DNA of 64,000 bases from an uncultured Pelagibacteraceae bacterium (GCA_902594865.1 CACJNV010000002.1:31121-95120), one strand, 5' to 3'; positions 19,237-30,106 are shown, counted from the stretch's first letter. A program made the numbers and translations. Notes: generated by a model not told the origin, from the letters alone.

Positions 19237-19425
19237 TAAGACCCCTCTTAATTAAATTTTATAAAGTCTATTCAACCTATTTATTAATGTTACTGCAATA
19301 GAAAAATTTATTTTTTTTCGTAAATAATTTGAAATAATCAAAACACTGTCAAGCATTAGTTCAATACAAAATAAACATATTTAGATTGTATTAGTTTAAA
19401 TTTATTGCATTAAATTTATATATTT

Positions 19426-20160
19426 TTATAGTATTTGACTTAAAAACAGCTTAGTCCTATCGCTCTTAGGGTTGGCAAAAAACTCTTTAGTTTCTGCTCT
19501 TTCTACAATCATTCCTTCATCCATAAAAATAACCTCATCAGCTACCTCTTTAGCAAAACCCATCTCATGAGTAACAACTATCATTGTCATTCCTGCTTTT
19601 GCTAAATTAACCATTGCATCTAACACTTCTTTAATCATTTCTGGGTCTAGAGCTGATGTTGGTTCATCAAATAACATTATCTTTGGCTCCATACATAATG
19701 CTCTAGCAATTGCACATCTTTGTTGTTGACCACCTGAAAGTTGTCCTGGATATTTATTAGCTTGGTCAGCAATTTGTACTTTTTCTAAGTGCTGAAGAGC
19801 TAAATCTTCTGCGTCTTTTTTTGGCATTTTTTTTACCCAAATTGGAGCCAGTGTACAATTATCTAAAATAGAAAGATGAGGAAATAAATTAAATTGTTGA
19901 AACACCATTCCAACCTCGGCTCTAATTTTTTCTATGTCTTTAGTGTCTTCTGTTAATTCATTTCCATCTACTATAATTGAACCTTGTTGATGTTCTTCAA
20001 GTCTGTTTATGCATCTAATTAATGTTGATTTACCTGATCCCGAAGGTCCACAGACAACAATTTTTTTATTCTTTTCTACTTCTAAGTTAATATTTTTTAA
20101 TACTTGGAAATCACCAAACCACTTATTCATTTCTGTAATCTGTATTATTTTATCTGACAT
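19426..20160 (-). CDS. aapP: General L-amino acid ABC transporter ATPase
   Basis: [38 protein letters not shown]. Confidence 0.93.
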   Translation of the reverse strand: MSDKIIQITEMNKWFGDFQVLKNINLEVEKNKKIVVCGPSGSGKSTLIRCINRLEEHQQGSIIVDGNELTEDTKDIEKIRAEVGMVFQQFNLFPHLSILDNCTLAPIWVKKMPKKDAEDLALQHLEKVQIADQANKYPGQLSGGQQQRCAIARALCMEPKIMLFDEPTSALDPEMIKEVLDAMVNLAKAGMTMIVVTHEMGFAKEVADEVIFMDEGMIVERAETKEFFANPKSDRTKLFLSQIL

Positions 20161-21602
20161 TATCTTTCCGTTTTATATTTTTGCTCTAAATTATAACTAT
20201 ATTTACTCATTGCATAGCAAATAATAAAGAATAGTACTGATGCAAACACATAACCTTCCATCGCAAAACCCAGCCACTCTGGGTTTGTTTTAGCAAGATT
20301 TAACATTCCAACAATTTCTAAAAGTCCAACAACAAATATTAAAGGAGTATCTTTTACAAGCGCTAAAAATGTATTAGCAATACCAGGTATTACAAGTTTA
20401 AGTGCCTGAGGTAAAATAACCAAAATATGCATTTTCCAATAACCCATTCCTAAAGATTTAGCAGCATCATACTGACCCCTTGGTAATGCTTGCAAACCAC
20501 CTCTAATAACTTCTGCTACATAAGCAGCTTCAAATAATGAGATTGCAATAATTACTCTTACTAATTTGTCAATAAACATATCTTCAGGTAAAAACATTGG
20601 AAACATTACTGAGGACATAAATAATACCGTTATCAATGGAACCCCTCTCCAAAATTCAATCATACCTATTGAAAAATATTTAATTATTGGAAAATCAGAC
20701 CTTCTGCCCAAAGACAGAAACAAACCTATAGGAAAACAGAAAATCAAACAAAAAAATGATACTATAAAAGTTAAAGATAAGCCTCCCCATGCACCTGTCT
20801 CCACCCACTCTAATGCTTCTAATTTACCAAGTTCAATAAGCTCCTCATAAAAAAATACATATTTTAGCAATATATAAAGCGTGATTGGAACTATGATAAA
20901 ATAGTACATTTTAAATTTTGAAGGAATAAAAAAACCAATTATAATTGAAATTACAGCTGCAATAATTCCATATGAGAAATCAAAAAATATTGGACCGCCT
21001 GATATAAAAAAGAAAATAAAGAAAAAAGCTATTACAGGATAAACAACTACATAATAAAGTGTCAAATATTTTTTAAATTTTTCAGTAGCAAAGAAACCAA
21101 TAGTACCAAGAAAAGCTAAAGCTATAAAGGATAAGTTAATACGCCACTGTTCGGCATTTGGATACATTCCATACATAAATCTGTTAAACCAAATTTTAAT
21201 ATAAGTCCAACAAGCACCACTACCTGTACAAACATCCTTTGAATCTCCTGCAATGTTTGCATCTATAATAAACCAACTTAATAATGGTGGGAGTGATTTG
21301 ATAACCACGAATACAATTAATAATGATAAAAAAGCATTAAAATTGTTGGTATTAATATTTTTATTAATTGTGTCTAAAAACTTTAAGCCTGAATAATCAA
21401 TTCTAATTAAATGAAGTCCAATAAACCCTAAAATTAGTGGTAAAAAGAAACTAATTGATCCAGGTAAAAAAGAAATAATATCTTTATTAAAAAAAGAATT
21501 TAAAAAAACTATAAATATACTTAGTGCTACTAAAATTACACCTGAATATAGATAAGTATTAAGATTGTTTTTATCTGGTTGTAAAAAATTCAATTTATTC
21601 AT
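20160..21602 (-). CDS. aapM: General L-amino acid ABC transporter permease (extended, 480 aa)
   Basis: [44 protein letters not shown]. Confidence 0.9.
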   Translation of the reverse strand: MNKLNFLQPDKNNLNTYLYSGVILVALSIFIVFLNSFFNKDIISFLPGSISFFLPLILGFIGLHLIRIDYSGLKFLDTINKNINTNNFNAFLSLLIVFVVIKSLPPLLSWFIIDANIAGDSKDVCTGSGACWTYIKIWFNRFMYGMYPNAEQWRINLSFIALAFLGTIGFFATEKFKKYLTLYYVVVYPVIAFFFIFFFISGGPIFFDFSYGIIAAVISIIIGFFIPSKFKMYYFIIVPITLYILLKYVFFYEELIELGKLEALEWVETGAWGGLSLTFIVSFFCLIFCFPIGLFLSLGRRSDFPIIKYFSIGMIEFWRGVPLITVLFMSSVMFPMFLPEDMFIDKLVRVIIAISLFEAAYVAEVIRGGLQALPRGQYDAAKSLGMGYWKMHILVILPQALKLVIPGIANTFLALVKDTPLIFVVGLLEIVGMLNLAKTNPEWLGFAMEGYVFASVLFFIICYAMSKYSYNLEQKYKTER

Positions 21603-22747
21603 TATTTTTCTTTAATAGCTATTTTTTTATTATACCAGTTCATAAATATTGAAATTGATATACTCAGAGATAAATAGGTTAACATTGTTATAGAAACAAT
21701 TTCTATCGCTCTACCAGTCTGCATTAAAGCAGTACCAGCAAATACTAGAACTAAATCAGGATAAGCAATTGCAGCTGCAAGAGATGAATTTTTTGTTAAA
21801 TTTAAATATTGATTTGTAGTTGGTGGAATTATAATTCTTAATGCTTGTGGCATCACAACTAATTTCAATACTTGATTTGGAGTTAATCCTATAGAAGCAG
21901 CAGCTTCTTTTTGACCTTTACTAACACCTTGAACACCTGCTCTAACACATTCAGCAATAAAAGTTGCTGTATACAATGATAAAGCTAAAGCCAGAGATAT
22001 TAATTCAGGAGGCAACTTAATTCCTCCTTCATAAGTGAAACCAGATTGAGATAATTGTTTAATGACAGGTACTTCAACTGAAGCATCGACACCACCAAAT
22101 AAAAAACTTAATAAAGGTAAAATTATTAATAGTCCTATTGAAATTGAAAAAACTGGTGTTTGAATACCTTCGTTCTCTTGTCTTTTTCTTGCATAAATTC
22201 TAATGAAAATAATTGAAATAATTGCAGCAATTATTGAATAAATAAAAATATCTAAATTATTCCAAACAAAAGCAGGAACAAAAAAACCTTTTATTGTTAG
22301 AAAAAAAACTCCAAACATAGGTTCTGTATCTTGAGGTAATGGTAGTGCTCTTAAGGCAGCAAAATACCAAAAAAATATTTGCAATAATAAAGGAATGTTT
22401 CTAAAAAATTCTACGTAAACCGCAGCAGTTTTATTGATAAGATAGTTGTTTGATAATCTTGCAATACCAACCACAACACCAATAATAGTTGCAAATATTA
22501 TTCCTATAACGGAAACTAAAATAGTATTTAACAACCCTACTAAATAAGCTCTAAAATATGAATGAGAACCATCATATTCAATTAAAGAAAATTGAACATC
22601 AAAGGATGATTCTTGTGATAAAAAACCATACCCAAAAGTAATTCCTCTATTTTCCATGTTAACTTGGGCGTTATATGAAAAAAATCCAAATATAAGAATT
22701 ACAACTAGAAGTGTAAGTAACTGGGGTAATATTTTTTTAATATTCAC
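21602..22747 (-). CDS. aapQ: General L-amino acid ABC transporter permease
   Basis: GLLNT, YVEFFRNIPLLLQ, AECVRAG, QYLNLTKNSSLA; GTG start. Confidence 0.92.
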   Translation of the reverse strand: MNIKKILPQLLTLLVVILIFGFFSYNAQVNMENRGITFGYGFLSQESSFDVQFSLIEYDGSHSYFRAYLVGLLNTILVSVIGIIFATIIGVVVGIARLSNNYLINKTAAVYVEFFRNIPLLLQIFFWYFAALRALPLPQDTEPMFGVFFLTIKGFFVPAFVWNNLDIFIYSIIAAIISIIFIRIYARKRQENEGIQTPVFSISIGLLIILPLLSFLFGGVDASVEVPVIKQLSQSGFTYEGGIKLPPELISLALALSLYTATFIAECVRAGVQGVSKGQKEAAASIGLTPNQVLKLVVMPQALRIIIPPTTNQYLNLTKNSSLAAAIAYPDLVLVFAGTALMQTGRAIEIVSITMLTYLSLSISISIFMNWYNKKIAIKEK

Positions 22748-22764
22748 AATAATTCATGACTTAT

Positions 22765-22797
22765 AAAAAAAAGGGCTAGAAAAATCTAGCCCTTTTT
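22765..22797 (-). terminator. Rho-independent terminator / stabilising hairpin between aapJ and aapQ
   Basis: AAAAAGGGCTAGA-AAAA-TCTAGCCCTTTTT perfect stem with an 8-U tract on the minus strand. Confidence 0.88.
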
Positions 22798-22816
22798 AAG
22801 TATTTATTAAGATAAA

Positions 22817-23857
22817 TTATCTTGCTGGTGGTACATAAAGTATTCCACCTTTAGTCCATAATTCATTTGGACCTCTGTCAGGTAGAATTCCAGTGTCAGC
22901 AATATTTCTTTTGTAGCTTTCACCGTAGTTACCAACTTGTTTGATAATTCTTAAACTCCAGTCATTATCTAAACCTAAAGCAGCTCCTAATTCACCTTCA
23001 GCACCAACTAATCTTTTTACAGCTGGATTATCTGAAGTTTTCATAGAGTCTGCATTACTAGAAGTAACACCATACTCTTCAGCTTCAATCATAGTGTTAA
23101 GAGACCATCTTACGATATCTTCCCATACAGAATCACCTTGTCTAACAACAGGGCCTAAAGGCTCTTTTGAAATAGTTTCAGGTAAAACTATGTGGTCATC
23201 TGGAGAACTCAATTTAATTCTTTGAGCAGCTAAACCAGATTTATCAGTTGTATATGTATCACATCTTCCAGCATCATACGCAGCAACAACTTCATCAGCT
23301 TTTTCGAAAGTTACTGGCTCATATTTGATTCCTTTTGAATTAAAGAAATCTCTCATGTTAAGCTCAGTAGTAGTTCCAAGGTTAGTACAAGCAGAAACAC
23401 CATCTTTAAAATCGTTTACAGATGATATACCTGAATTTTTTCTAACCATAAAACCTTGACCATCGTAAAAGTTTACACCAACGAAAGTAAGTCCGATGTC
23501 AGCATCCCTAGAAAGAGTCCAAGTTGTGTTTCTTGATAAGATATCAATCTCATTAGAAGTTAAAGCTGTAAATCTTTCTTTAGCACTTAGTGGTGTAAAC
23601 TTAACTTTGTTTGCATCACCTAATACTGCAGCAGCTACCGCTCTACATACATCAACGTCAACACCAGTCCAATTTCCTGCAGCATCAGCATTAGAAAATC
23701 CTGGAAGACCTTGAGATACTCCACATCTTACAAAACCCTTCTTTTGAGTGTTTTTAAGTGTTTTAGATTTTTTAGCAGCCATAGTTTCTGTTGTAAAAGT
23801 AAACAACACTGCAACCATAGCAACTAAAGAAGTTAATTGTTTTAAGTATTTAAACAT
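22817..23857 (-). CDS. aapJ: General L-amino acid ABC transporter substrate-binding protein
   Basis: CGVSQGLPGFS, DVCRAVAAA, RNTTWTLSRD, YDGQGF, GTTTELN, ISKEPLGP, VGNYGE. Confidence 0.95.
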   Translation of the reverse strand: MFKYLKQLTSLVAMVAVLFTFTTETMAAKKSKTLKNTQKKGFVRCGVSQGLPGFSNADAAGNWTGVDVDVCRAVAAAVLGDANKVKFTPLSAKERFTALTSNEIDILSRNTTWTLSRDADIGLTFVGVNFYDGQGFMVRKNSGISSVNDFKDGVSACTNLGTTTELNMRDFFNSKGIKYEPVTFEKADEVVAAYDAGRCDTYTTDKSGLAAQRIKLSSPDDHIVLPETISKEPLGPVVRQGDSVWEDIVRWSLNTMIEAEEYGVTSSNADSMKTSDNPAVKRLVGAEGELGAALGLDNDWSLRIIKQVGNYGESYKRNIADTGILPDRGPNELWTKGGILYVPPAR

Positions 23858-24034
23858 TATTCTTCCTTTTAGTTATTTTTATTTGTTAACAAATAATTCA
23901 AAATTACTTTTGAATATCTTTAATTTAAGCATGTAAGAAAATACTCTTCAAGAAAAAATAATTAGTAAAAGCTTGTTTAGATGAATTCTAGTCAAGTACA
24001 AATATTTAAATAATAGCAATAAAAAATGACGAAA

Positions 24035-24111
24035 TGGCGCGCCCTGGAGGATTCGAACCTCCGACCCTCGGTTTAGAAAACCGATGCTCTATCCAGCTGA
24101 GCTAAGGGCGC
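24035..24111 (-). tRNA. tRNA-Arg (TCT)
   Basis: Reverse complement reads GCGCCCTTAGCTCAGCTGGATAGAGCA-TCGGT-TTTCTAA-ACCGA...GGTTCGAATCC...GGGCGCGCCA. Confidence 0.96.
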
Positions 24112-24139
24112 AAAGTTTAATGATATATATAATACTAAA

Positions 24140-25546
24140 TTAATTTTTAAAAAGAAATTTTTTAGCAATCAGCAATAAAGATAACAGTTCAACTCTTCCG
24201 ATAATCATAAAAAATATTAGAAAATATTTGGTTAAAAAGTGCAAATTTTGAAAATCAAAGTCCGATAGACCATAAGCAGATGAATTAACCGTGTTCATCA
24301 ATGTCAATATGGCTAATTTGAATGAATATTCAAATTGAATATCAGACAAAGATAATAAGATGGTTAAAGAAAAAAGTGAAATAACAAAAATTAATATTGT
24401 TAAAAAATATTTATTTATGTCTTTAGTATCAAAATTAACTTTAGAAAAAACCAATTTATTCATAAATACATTTTTTGGTCTGCTAAAAGAAAGAATTTGA
24501 TTAATAGAATATTTAGTTAAAGAATATATTTTTAAAAACCTTAAACCTGAGCTAGTTGAAAAAAAGGAACCACCAATAATTACAAGTAAGATATATATAA
24601 AATGTAAGTTAGCTTGATCAATATCAAGAGAAATACCTATATTTGAAATACTGCTAACTAAAGATAAAAAACTGTATGTGAAGTTAGTATCATAGCTAAA
24701 AAAAACGAAAAATATACTTGCAACTACAATAAAATATAAAAATAAATGTATGTCTTCATAAAAAAAATTTAAATTTTTTTTTCTTAGAAAAATTAAATTA
24801 TATGTAAAAAAAATACTAAAGAAAGAAATCAACATTAAAAGAGAAAATACAATTATTTGAAAATCATTTACTAAAATTGATGAAAGTTCATTTACAGGCA
24901 GAAATCCCCCTGAGGAAATTATCGTCATTGCTAAATTAAGTGAATTAAGCGATCTAATTCCAAGAATGTTTAGAATAATAAAAATGGATATTGTTAATCC
25001 TGAGTATAATAAAAGAATTTTAATTGATTGTTTTAAAATTTCAGTAGAATTAAAAGATAAAAAATTAGTTAAAGATTTTTTTAAACTTTCATCATAAATA
25101 TCTATTAAAAAAATGATAGAATATAAAAAATACAACCCACCAATCCATTGTATTGATGATCTCCATAAAATTAAACCTTGATCAATATGTTTAATGTTTT
25201 CAAGGACAGTAAAACCTGTTGAAGTAAATCCGGAAACTGCCTCGAACAAAGAATTTAAAAAAGATAAATTATAAATACTTAAATAAAAAGGTATTGATAA
25301 AACCAAAGGCATCAAAACATATCCTAATAATACGGTTAATATTTTTTCAAATATCGAAGGTTTTTTGGAATCAGTTTTAATTTTATAAAAAATTATTCCA
25401 ATCACTGCAGAAATAATTAAGCTAAAATAATATGTGTTTAGATTTAGATATAAATTAAAATAATATGAATAAATAATATTTAAGAAAGAAAAAATCGATA
25501 TCAATATAAAAAAGAAACTTAAATACTTTACTCTAAAAAATGACAT
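24140..25546 (-). CDS. trkH: Trk potassium uptake membrane subunit (divergent)
   Basis: FEAVSGFTSTGF, LWRS..QWIGG, ISSGGF, IGG...STSSGLR, MIIGRVE; adjacent to trkA. Confidence 0.88.
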   Translation of the reverse strand: MSFFRVKYLSFFFILISIFSFLNIIYSYYFNLYLNLNTYYFSLIISAVIGIIFYKIKTDSKKPSIFEKILTVLLGYVLMPLVLSIPFYLSIYNLSFLNSLFEAVSGFTSTGFTVLENIKHIDQGLILWRSSIQWIGGLYFLYSIIFLIDIYDESLKKSLTNFLSFNSTEILKQSIKILLLYSGLTISIFIILNILGIRSLNSLNLAMTIISSGGFLPVNELSSILVNDFQIIVFSLLMLISFFSIFFTYNLIFLRKKNLNFFYEDIHLFLYFIVVASIFFVFFSYDTNFTYSFLSLVSSISNIGISLDIDQANLHFIYILLVIIGGSFFSTSSGLRFLKIYSLTKYSINQILSFSRPKNVFMNKLVFSKVNFDTKDINKYFLTILIFVISLFSLTILLSLSDIQFEYSFKLAILTLMNTVNSSAYGLSDFDFQNLHFLTKYFLIFFMIIGRVELLSLLLIAKKFLFKN

Positions 25547-25550
25547 TTAA

Positions 25551-26942
25551 TTAAATAGAACTTATTCTAAATATATTTTCTACTACTGAAATAGAATCTT
25601 TCTTTGCTAAAAAAACAACTTTATCCTCTTTTTGAAAAACAAAATTTGATCTAGGTATTACAACTTTATTCTCTCTTAAAATAGCGCCAATTCTTATCTC
25701 ATCTGGCAAATTTGAATTTTTTAATTCTTTATTAATAAGTTCTGATGTTTCTATTATTTCAGCTTCTATAACTTCATATTCACCATTCATAATTGTGTAA
25801 GCTGTTTCTATAGTACCTTTATGAATATGTTTTAAAATACTTGATACTGTATTCATTCTTGGATCAATGAGATCATCAATTTTTAAGGAGTTTTGTAATA
25901 AAGAATAATTCGGTTTATTAATTAAAGCCATTGTTCTTTTGTCATCAACATCTTTTTCATCTTTTGCAAATTTTTCAACAAGAACACTTACCATTAAATT
26001 ATCCTCATCATCATTTGTTAAAGCAAGAACTGTTTCGGCTTCCTGTAAATTAGCCTCTACAAGAACCTCTTCATCTAAAGCATCACCATTAATGATAATC
26101 GTATTATTTAATTCACTAGCAAGAAATTCAGCTCTTTCTTTGCTTTTTTCAATAATTTTAACTCTTGCGGCATCCAAAGTCTCTTCAATGTTTTTAGCTA
26201 AATTAAAACCTATGTTACCACCACCTACAATCAAAATGTTTTTAGATACTTTTTCATCATGTCCGAAAGCTTCTAAGGTATCAGACATTTGCGAAGAATT
26301 GATTATTACGTAAATTTTATCATTTTTTTTAACATCGTCGTTTTTCTTTGGAATTAAAAATTTTTCATCTCTTATTATTCCAATAATATTTGCATCTAAA
26401 TTAGGATGTTTTTTAGTTAAATCGTTAAGTTTGATATTAATTAATTTACAATTTTCATTAATTAAAATTTCTAATAATCTAATTTTATTATCAGCAAATG
26501 GAACACTATCAAGTGCTCCTGGCGCCTCAAGTTTTCTTTGTATTGATTTAGCAATTTCAATCTCTGGTGAAATAATAACATCAATTGGGAGATTCTCTTT
26601 GTTATAAACTGTTGTAAATTTTGGGTTTAGATAATCTTGAGATCTTATTCTTGCTATTTTTTTAGGAATTTTAAAAATTGAAAAAGCTATTTGACATATA
26701 AGCATATTAATTTCATCATTTCTTGTAACTGCAATAATCATGTCAGTCTCTGCTGCGTTAGCTTTTTCTAGTATAGAAGGATAAGTACCTTTTCCTACTA
26801 TAGCTTTAACGTCCAATGCATCATCAATTTTTTGAATATCTTCGCTAGAAGGATCAATAACGGTTATTGAATGACCTTGATCACTTAGCTGTTTAGCTAT
26901 AGTGAATCCTACTCTTCCAGCTCCACAAATGATAATGTTCAT
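25551..26942 (-). CDS. trkA: Trk potassium uptake regulatory subunit
   Basis: Two RCK domains, GAGRVG and GGGNIG. Confidence 0.95.
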   Translation of the reverse strand: MNIIICGAGRVGFTIAKQLSDQGHSITVIDPSSEDIQKIDDALDVKAIVGKGTYPSILEKANAAETDMIIAVTRNDEINMLICQIAFSIFKIPKKIARIRSQDYLNPKFTTVYNKENLPIDVIISPEIEIAKSIQRKLEAPGALDSVPFADNKIRLLEILINENCKLINIKLNDLTKKHPNLDANIIGIIRDEKFLIPKKNDDVKKNDKIYVIINSSQMSDTLEAFGHDEKVSKNILIVGGGNIGFNLAKNIEETLDAARVKIIEKSKERAEFLASELNNTIIINGDALDEEVLVEANLQEAETVLALTNDDEDNLMVSVLVEKFAKDEKDVDDKRTMALINKPNYSLLQNSLKIDDLIDPRMNTVSSILKHIHKGTIETAYTIMNGEYEVIEAEIIETSELINKELKNSNLPDEIRIGAILRENKVVIPRSNFVFQKEDKVVFLAKKDSISVVENIFRISSI

Positions 26943-28298
26943 TTAATTAAATTCTTTAATTCCTAGGCCTTTAAGTTTTCGATGTAAAGCTGTTCTTTCC
27001 ATACCAACAAAATTTGCTGTTTTTGAAATATTTCCATTAAATTTTTTTAATTGAATAGTTAAATACTCCTTTTCAAACTTTTCTCTAGCCTCTTTTAATG
27101 GCACAGAAAGGCTATTTTCAGCTAATTGATCGTCAAAATTTGTATTTTTTAATGATTCCTTGATGATATTTGAAATCTTATCTTTGGAGTCTGGTTGCAA
27201 TATTGCAATTCTTTCTATTAAATTTCTTAATTCTCTGACGTTACCGTGCCAATTATGATTAAGTATATAACTATTATTTTCATCTATATCTAATTCTTTA
27301 ATTTTATAATTTTCTGATATTTTTTTTGAAAAATATTTTATTAACAATGGTATATCTGAAATTCTTTGGCTTAATGGTTCAATATTTATCTCAAAAACAT
27401 TTATTCTGTGAAATAAGTCCTCTCTGAAGTTTCCAATTTCAATTTCTTTTTTTAAATCTTTGCTTGACGAACATATTAATCTTACATCCACATTTACATC
27501 ATTGCTTCCATTTACTCTTTTAAATTTTTGGTCTGTGAGAACTCTTAAGATTTTAGACTGTATATCAAGCGGTATTTCTGATACTTGATCAATTAAAAGT
27601 GTACCTTTATTAGCTTTTTCTAAGGCACCATATGAAATAGAACCGTTTTCTTTTTCTTCACCAAACAATTCTAATTCATATTTATTAAAATCGAGTAAAG
27701 CACCATTTAAAACAATAAATGGATTTTTATTTCTAACTGAAGCTTTATGAATTTTTCTGGCTATTAATTCTTTCCCTGAACCTGAGGGGCCACTAATAAA
27801 AACTCTACTTTCGGTTACTGATATTTTTTTAATTTGATCAATTATATTTACTATATTTTTACTTTTACCAATTAATTCATATGATGAAAATAATTTACTT
27901 TCATATTCTTTATTTTGTTTCTTTAAATTAAAATTTTCAACTGCTCTTTTAACAAAATTAATTAATCTTTCTTGATCAAATGGTTTTTCTATAAACTCAA
28001 AAGCACCATGTTGTAATGACTTAACAGCCATTTCAATGTTCGCATGTCCAGAAATAATTATAACAGGTGTATCTTTATTTTTAGATTTAATGTGTGAAAG
28101 AAGCTCAATACCATCATTATCTCCCTTATCTAATTTAACATCAAGAATTGCAACATCAGGTAATTTTTTATCTATTTCAGAAAGTGCTTGGTTATAATTT
28201 GCAGCTAATCTAGTTTTATAACCAGCATCTATAATTAATTCATTAATTATATTTCTAATATCTGCGTTATCATCTACAATTAAAATTTCTTCACTCAT
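26943..28298 (-). CDS. ntrX: NtrX response regulator (REC-AAA+-HTH)
   Basis: ILIVDD, LD, ISGHA, GPSGSGKE, FREDLFHR, GNVRELRN, GMERTALHRKLK. Confidence 0.92.
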   Translation of the reverse strand: MSEEILIVDDNADIRNIINELIIDAGYKTRLAANYNQALSEIDKKLPDVAILDVKLDKGDNDGIELLSHIKSKNKDTPVIIISGHANIEMAVKSLQHGAFEFIEKPFDQERLINFVKRAVENFNLKKQNKEYESKLFSSYELIGKSKNIVNIIDQIKKISVTESRVFISGPSGSGKELIARKIHKASVRNKNPFIVLNGALLDFNKYELELFGEEKENGSISYGALEKANKGTLLIDQVSEIPLDIQSKILRVLTDQKFKRVNGSNDVNVDVRLICSSSKDLKKEIEIGNFREDLFHRINVFEINIEPLSQRISDIPLLIKYFSKKISENYKIKELDIDENNSYILNHNWHGNVRELRNLIERIAILQPDSKDKISNIIKESLKNTNFDDQLAENSLSVPLKEAREKFEKEYLTIQLKKFNGNISKTANFVGMERTALHRKLKGLGIKEFN

Positions 28299-28300
28299 TT

Positions 28301-30082
28301 TTATTTTAAAAATATTATATTAATTTTTGCACCATTTTTAATTGGTATAAAATCTATTTTTCCATTGTGATCATTAATTATTTTATTAACTATCGATAAT
28401 CCCAAACCGGTTCCATTTTTCTTGGTTGTAAAATAAGGATTAAGTATGTTTTTAATATTATCTTTTAAATCATTAAAACCAACACCATTATCCTCTATCG
28501 TAGCTTTAATGTGGCTATCATCTTGATTAAGTTCAATAGTAATTTTTTTGCTGAAATTGTTATTATTTTGAGTTTTTTGATTAATGCTCTCTATAGAATT
28601 TTTAATCAAATTTAAAAAAACCCTACTTATTTGCTCTTTATCACTCTCTAGAGTAATTTTATCAAAATCTTTTTTAAAAATAATATCAATAGAATTGTCT
28701 AATTCTTTGAGTAAATTTATGTTTTCATGAATTATCTCTACTAAATTATTCTCTCTGAATATTGGTTTAGGCATTCTTGCAAAATCAGAAAATTCATTAA
28801 CCAATTTTTCGATTTGTTTTATTTGATTGTTTATAATTTTTAAATTGTTTTTAAAATTATCATTTTCATTCTGATCTAATTGTTTAGAATATTTATTTTT
28901 TAACCTATCTATAGTTAATTGAATTGGTGTAAGTGGATTTTTAATTTCATGAGCAAGTTTTCTAGCCAAACTTCCCCATGCCTCATGTCTTTCATTAATA
29001 ATTAACTTTTCTTGCTGGCTTTTAAGCCTATCTATCATCAAATTGAAATTTTTATTTAATGTTTCTAAATCTTTGTCAGTTTTAACTTCAGGAACTTTTG
29101 CATTAAAATTTCCTTGTCCAATGGATGTTGAAGCAAGAATTAGATTATTGATAGACCTAAAAAACCTAGATGAAAATCTTATCGCGATAGATATAGAGAC
29201 AAATAATAAAACACTAACAACTATTATATAAATAATAGCAAATGAGATTTTAATACCAGTGCTTTTTTCCTCAACTGTATAATAAAAATTTATAGCTTCT
29301 TCTGACTCTGTTAAATACCTTGAAATATCTTTATCTAAATATTTAACAACATACAAAAATCTATCCTCAAAATTTTGTAGTCTCATTATTGCAGCAGAAA
29401 TATTTTCTGGCGCATTAATAATTTTTAAAGGGCGATCATCATCTAAAACTAAATTTAAAGCTCTATCAAGTGGTGGCACATATGGCTGATCATCTTTCAA
29501 AGTAGAAAATAATAATTTTTTATTAATATCTATAATGTGAACTTCATCAACATTTCTAATTAATTTTTGTGTATCTAAAAATCTCCTATATTCATTTTGA
29601 TCATCATTTAAAAATTTTTTGCTTTTATTGGTATCAAAAGCTATCAATACAATATCAGATTGAATTTTATTTCTAATTTCTTCAACATAATTTTTTGCTA
29701 ACTCGTAAGAATTATTGACAACAGTTGTGACTTTTTTATCAAAATATTTTTCCAAAGCAAAAGAAAATAAAAAGAGCGAAAATATTGAAATTAATACAGA
29801 TGGAATTAAGGTAAATAAACCAAAGTATGTAATATATTTTTTATTTGATTTTAAACCATCTTTATCAATATCATTTTTAATTGCACTTTTGATCTCAACA
29901 AAAATAAAAATAAAAAGTGCGACTAAAAGAAAAATATTTAGAACTAATAAAATTTGTAAATTTTGATCTGATAATTCAATAAAACCTTTATCTATAAAAG
30001 TTAAAAAGGTTAAAAAACCTATCGATAATGTGATAATAAATAATATTATTAAATATATATTTTTTTTAATAAATTCGTACAT
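28301..30082 (-). CDS. ntrY: NtrY sensor histidine kinase (short form)
   Basis: AW..LARKLAHEIKNPLTPIQL H-box, NLIKNS, DNGVG, PYFTTK..GTGLGL. Confidence 0.92.
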   Translation of the reverse strand: MYEFIKKNIYLIILFIITLSIGFLTFLTFIDKGFIELSDQNLQILLVLNIFLLVALFIFIFVEIKSAIKNDIDKDGLKSNKKYITYFGLFTLIPSVLISIFSLFLFSFALEKYFDKKVTTVVNNSYELAKNYVEEIRNKIQSDIVLIAFDTNKSKKFLNDDQNEYRRFLDTQKLIRNVDEVHIIDINKKLLFSTLKDDQPYVPPLDRALNLVLDDDRPLKIINAPENISAAIMRLQNFEDRFLYVVKYLDKDISRYLTESEEAINFYYTVEEKSTGIKISFAIIYIIVVSVLLFVSISIAIRFSSRFFRSINNLILASTSIGQGNFNAKVPEVKTDKDLETLNKNFNLMIDRLKSQQEKLIINERHEAWGSLARKLAHEIKNPLTPIQLTIDRLKNKYSKQLDQNENDNFKNNLKIINNQIKQIEKLVNEFSDFARMPKPIFRENNLVEIIHENINLLKELDNSIDIIFKKDFDKITLESDKEQISRVFLNLIKNSIESINQKTQNNNNFSKKITIELNQDDSHIKATIEDNGVGFNDLKDNIKNILNPYFTTKKNGTGLGLSIVNKIINDHNGKIDFIPIKNGAKINIIFLK

Positions 30083-30106
30083 TTGAATATAAAAACTACC
30101 ATATAA

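Noticed and set aside
19320-19352. Perfect TTGACA on the minus strand upstream of the XRE gene
   Set aside because: No good -10 hexamer at 16-18 bp, so no promoter was called.
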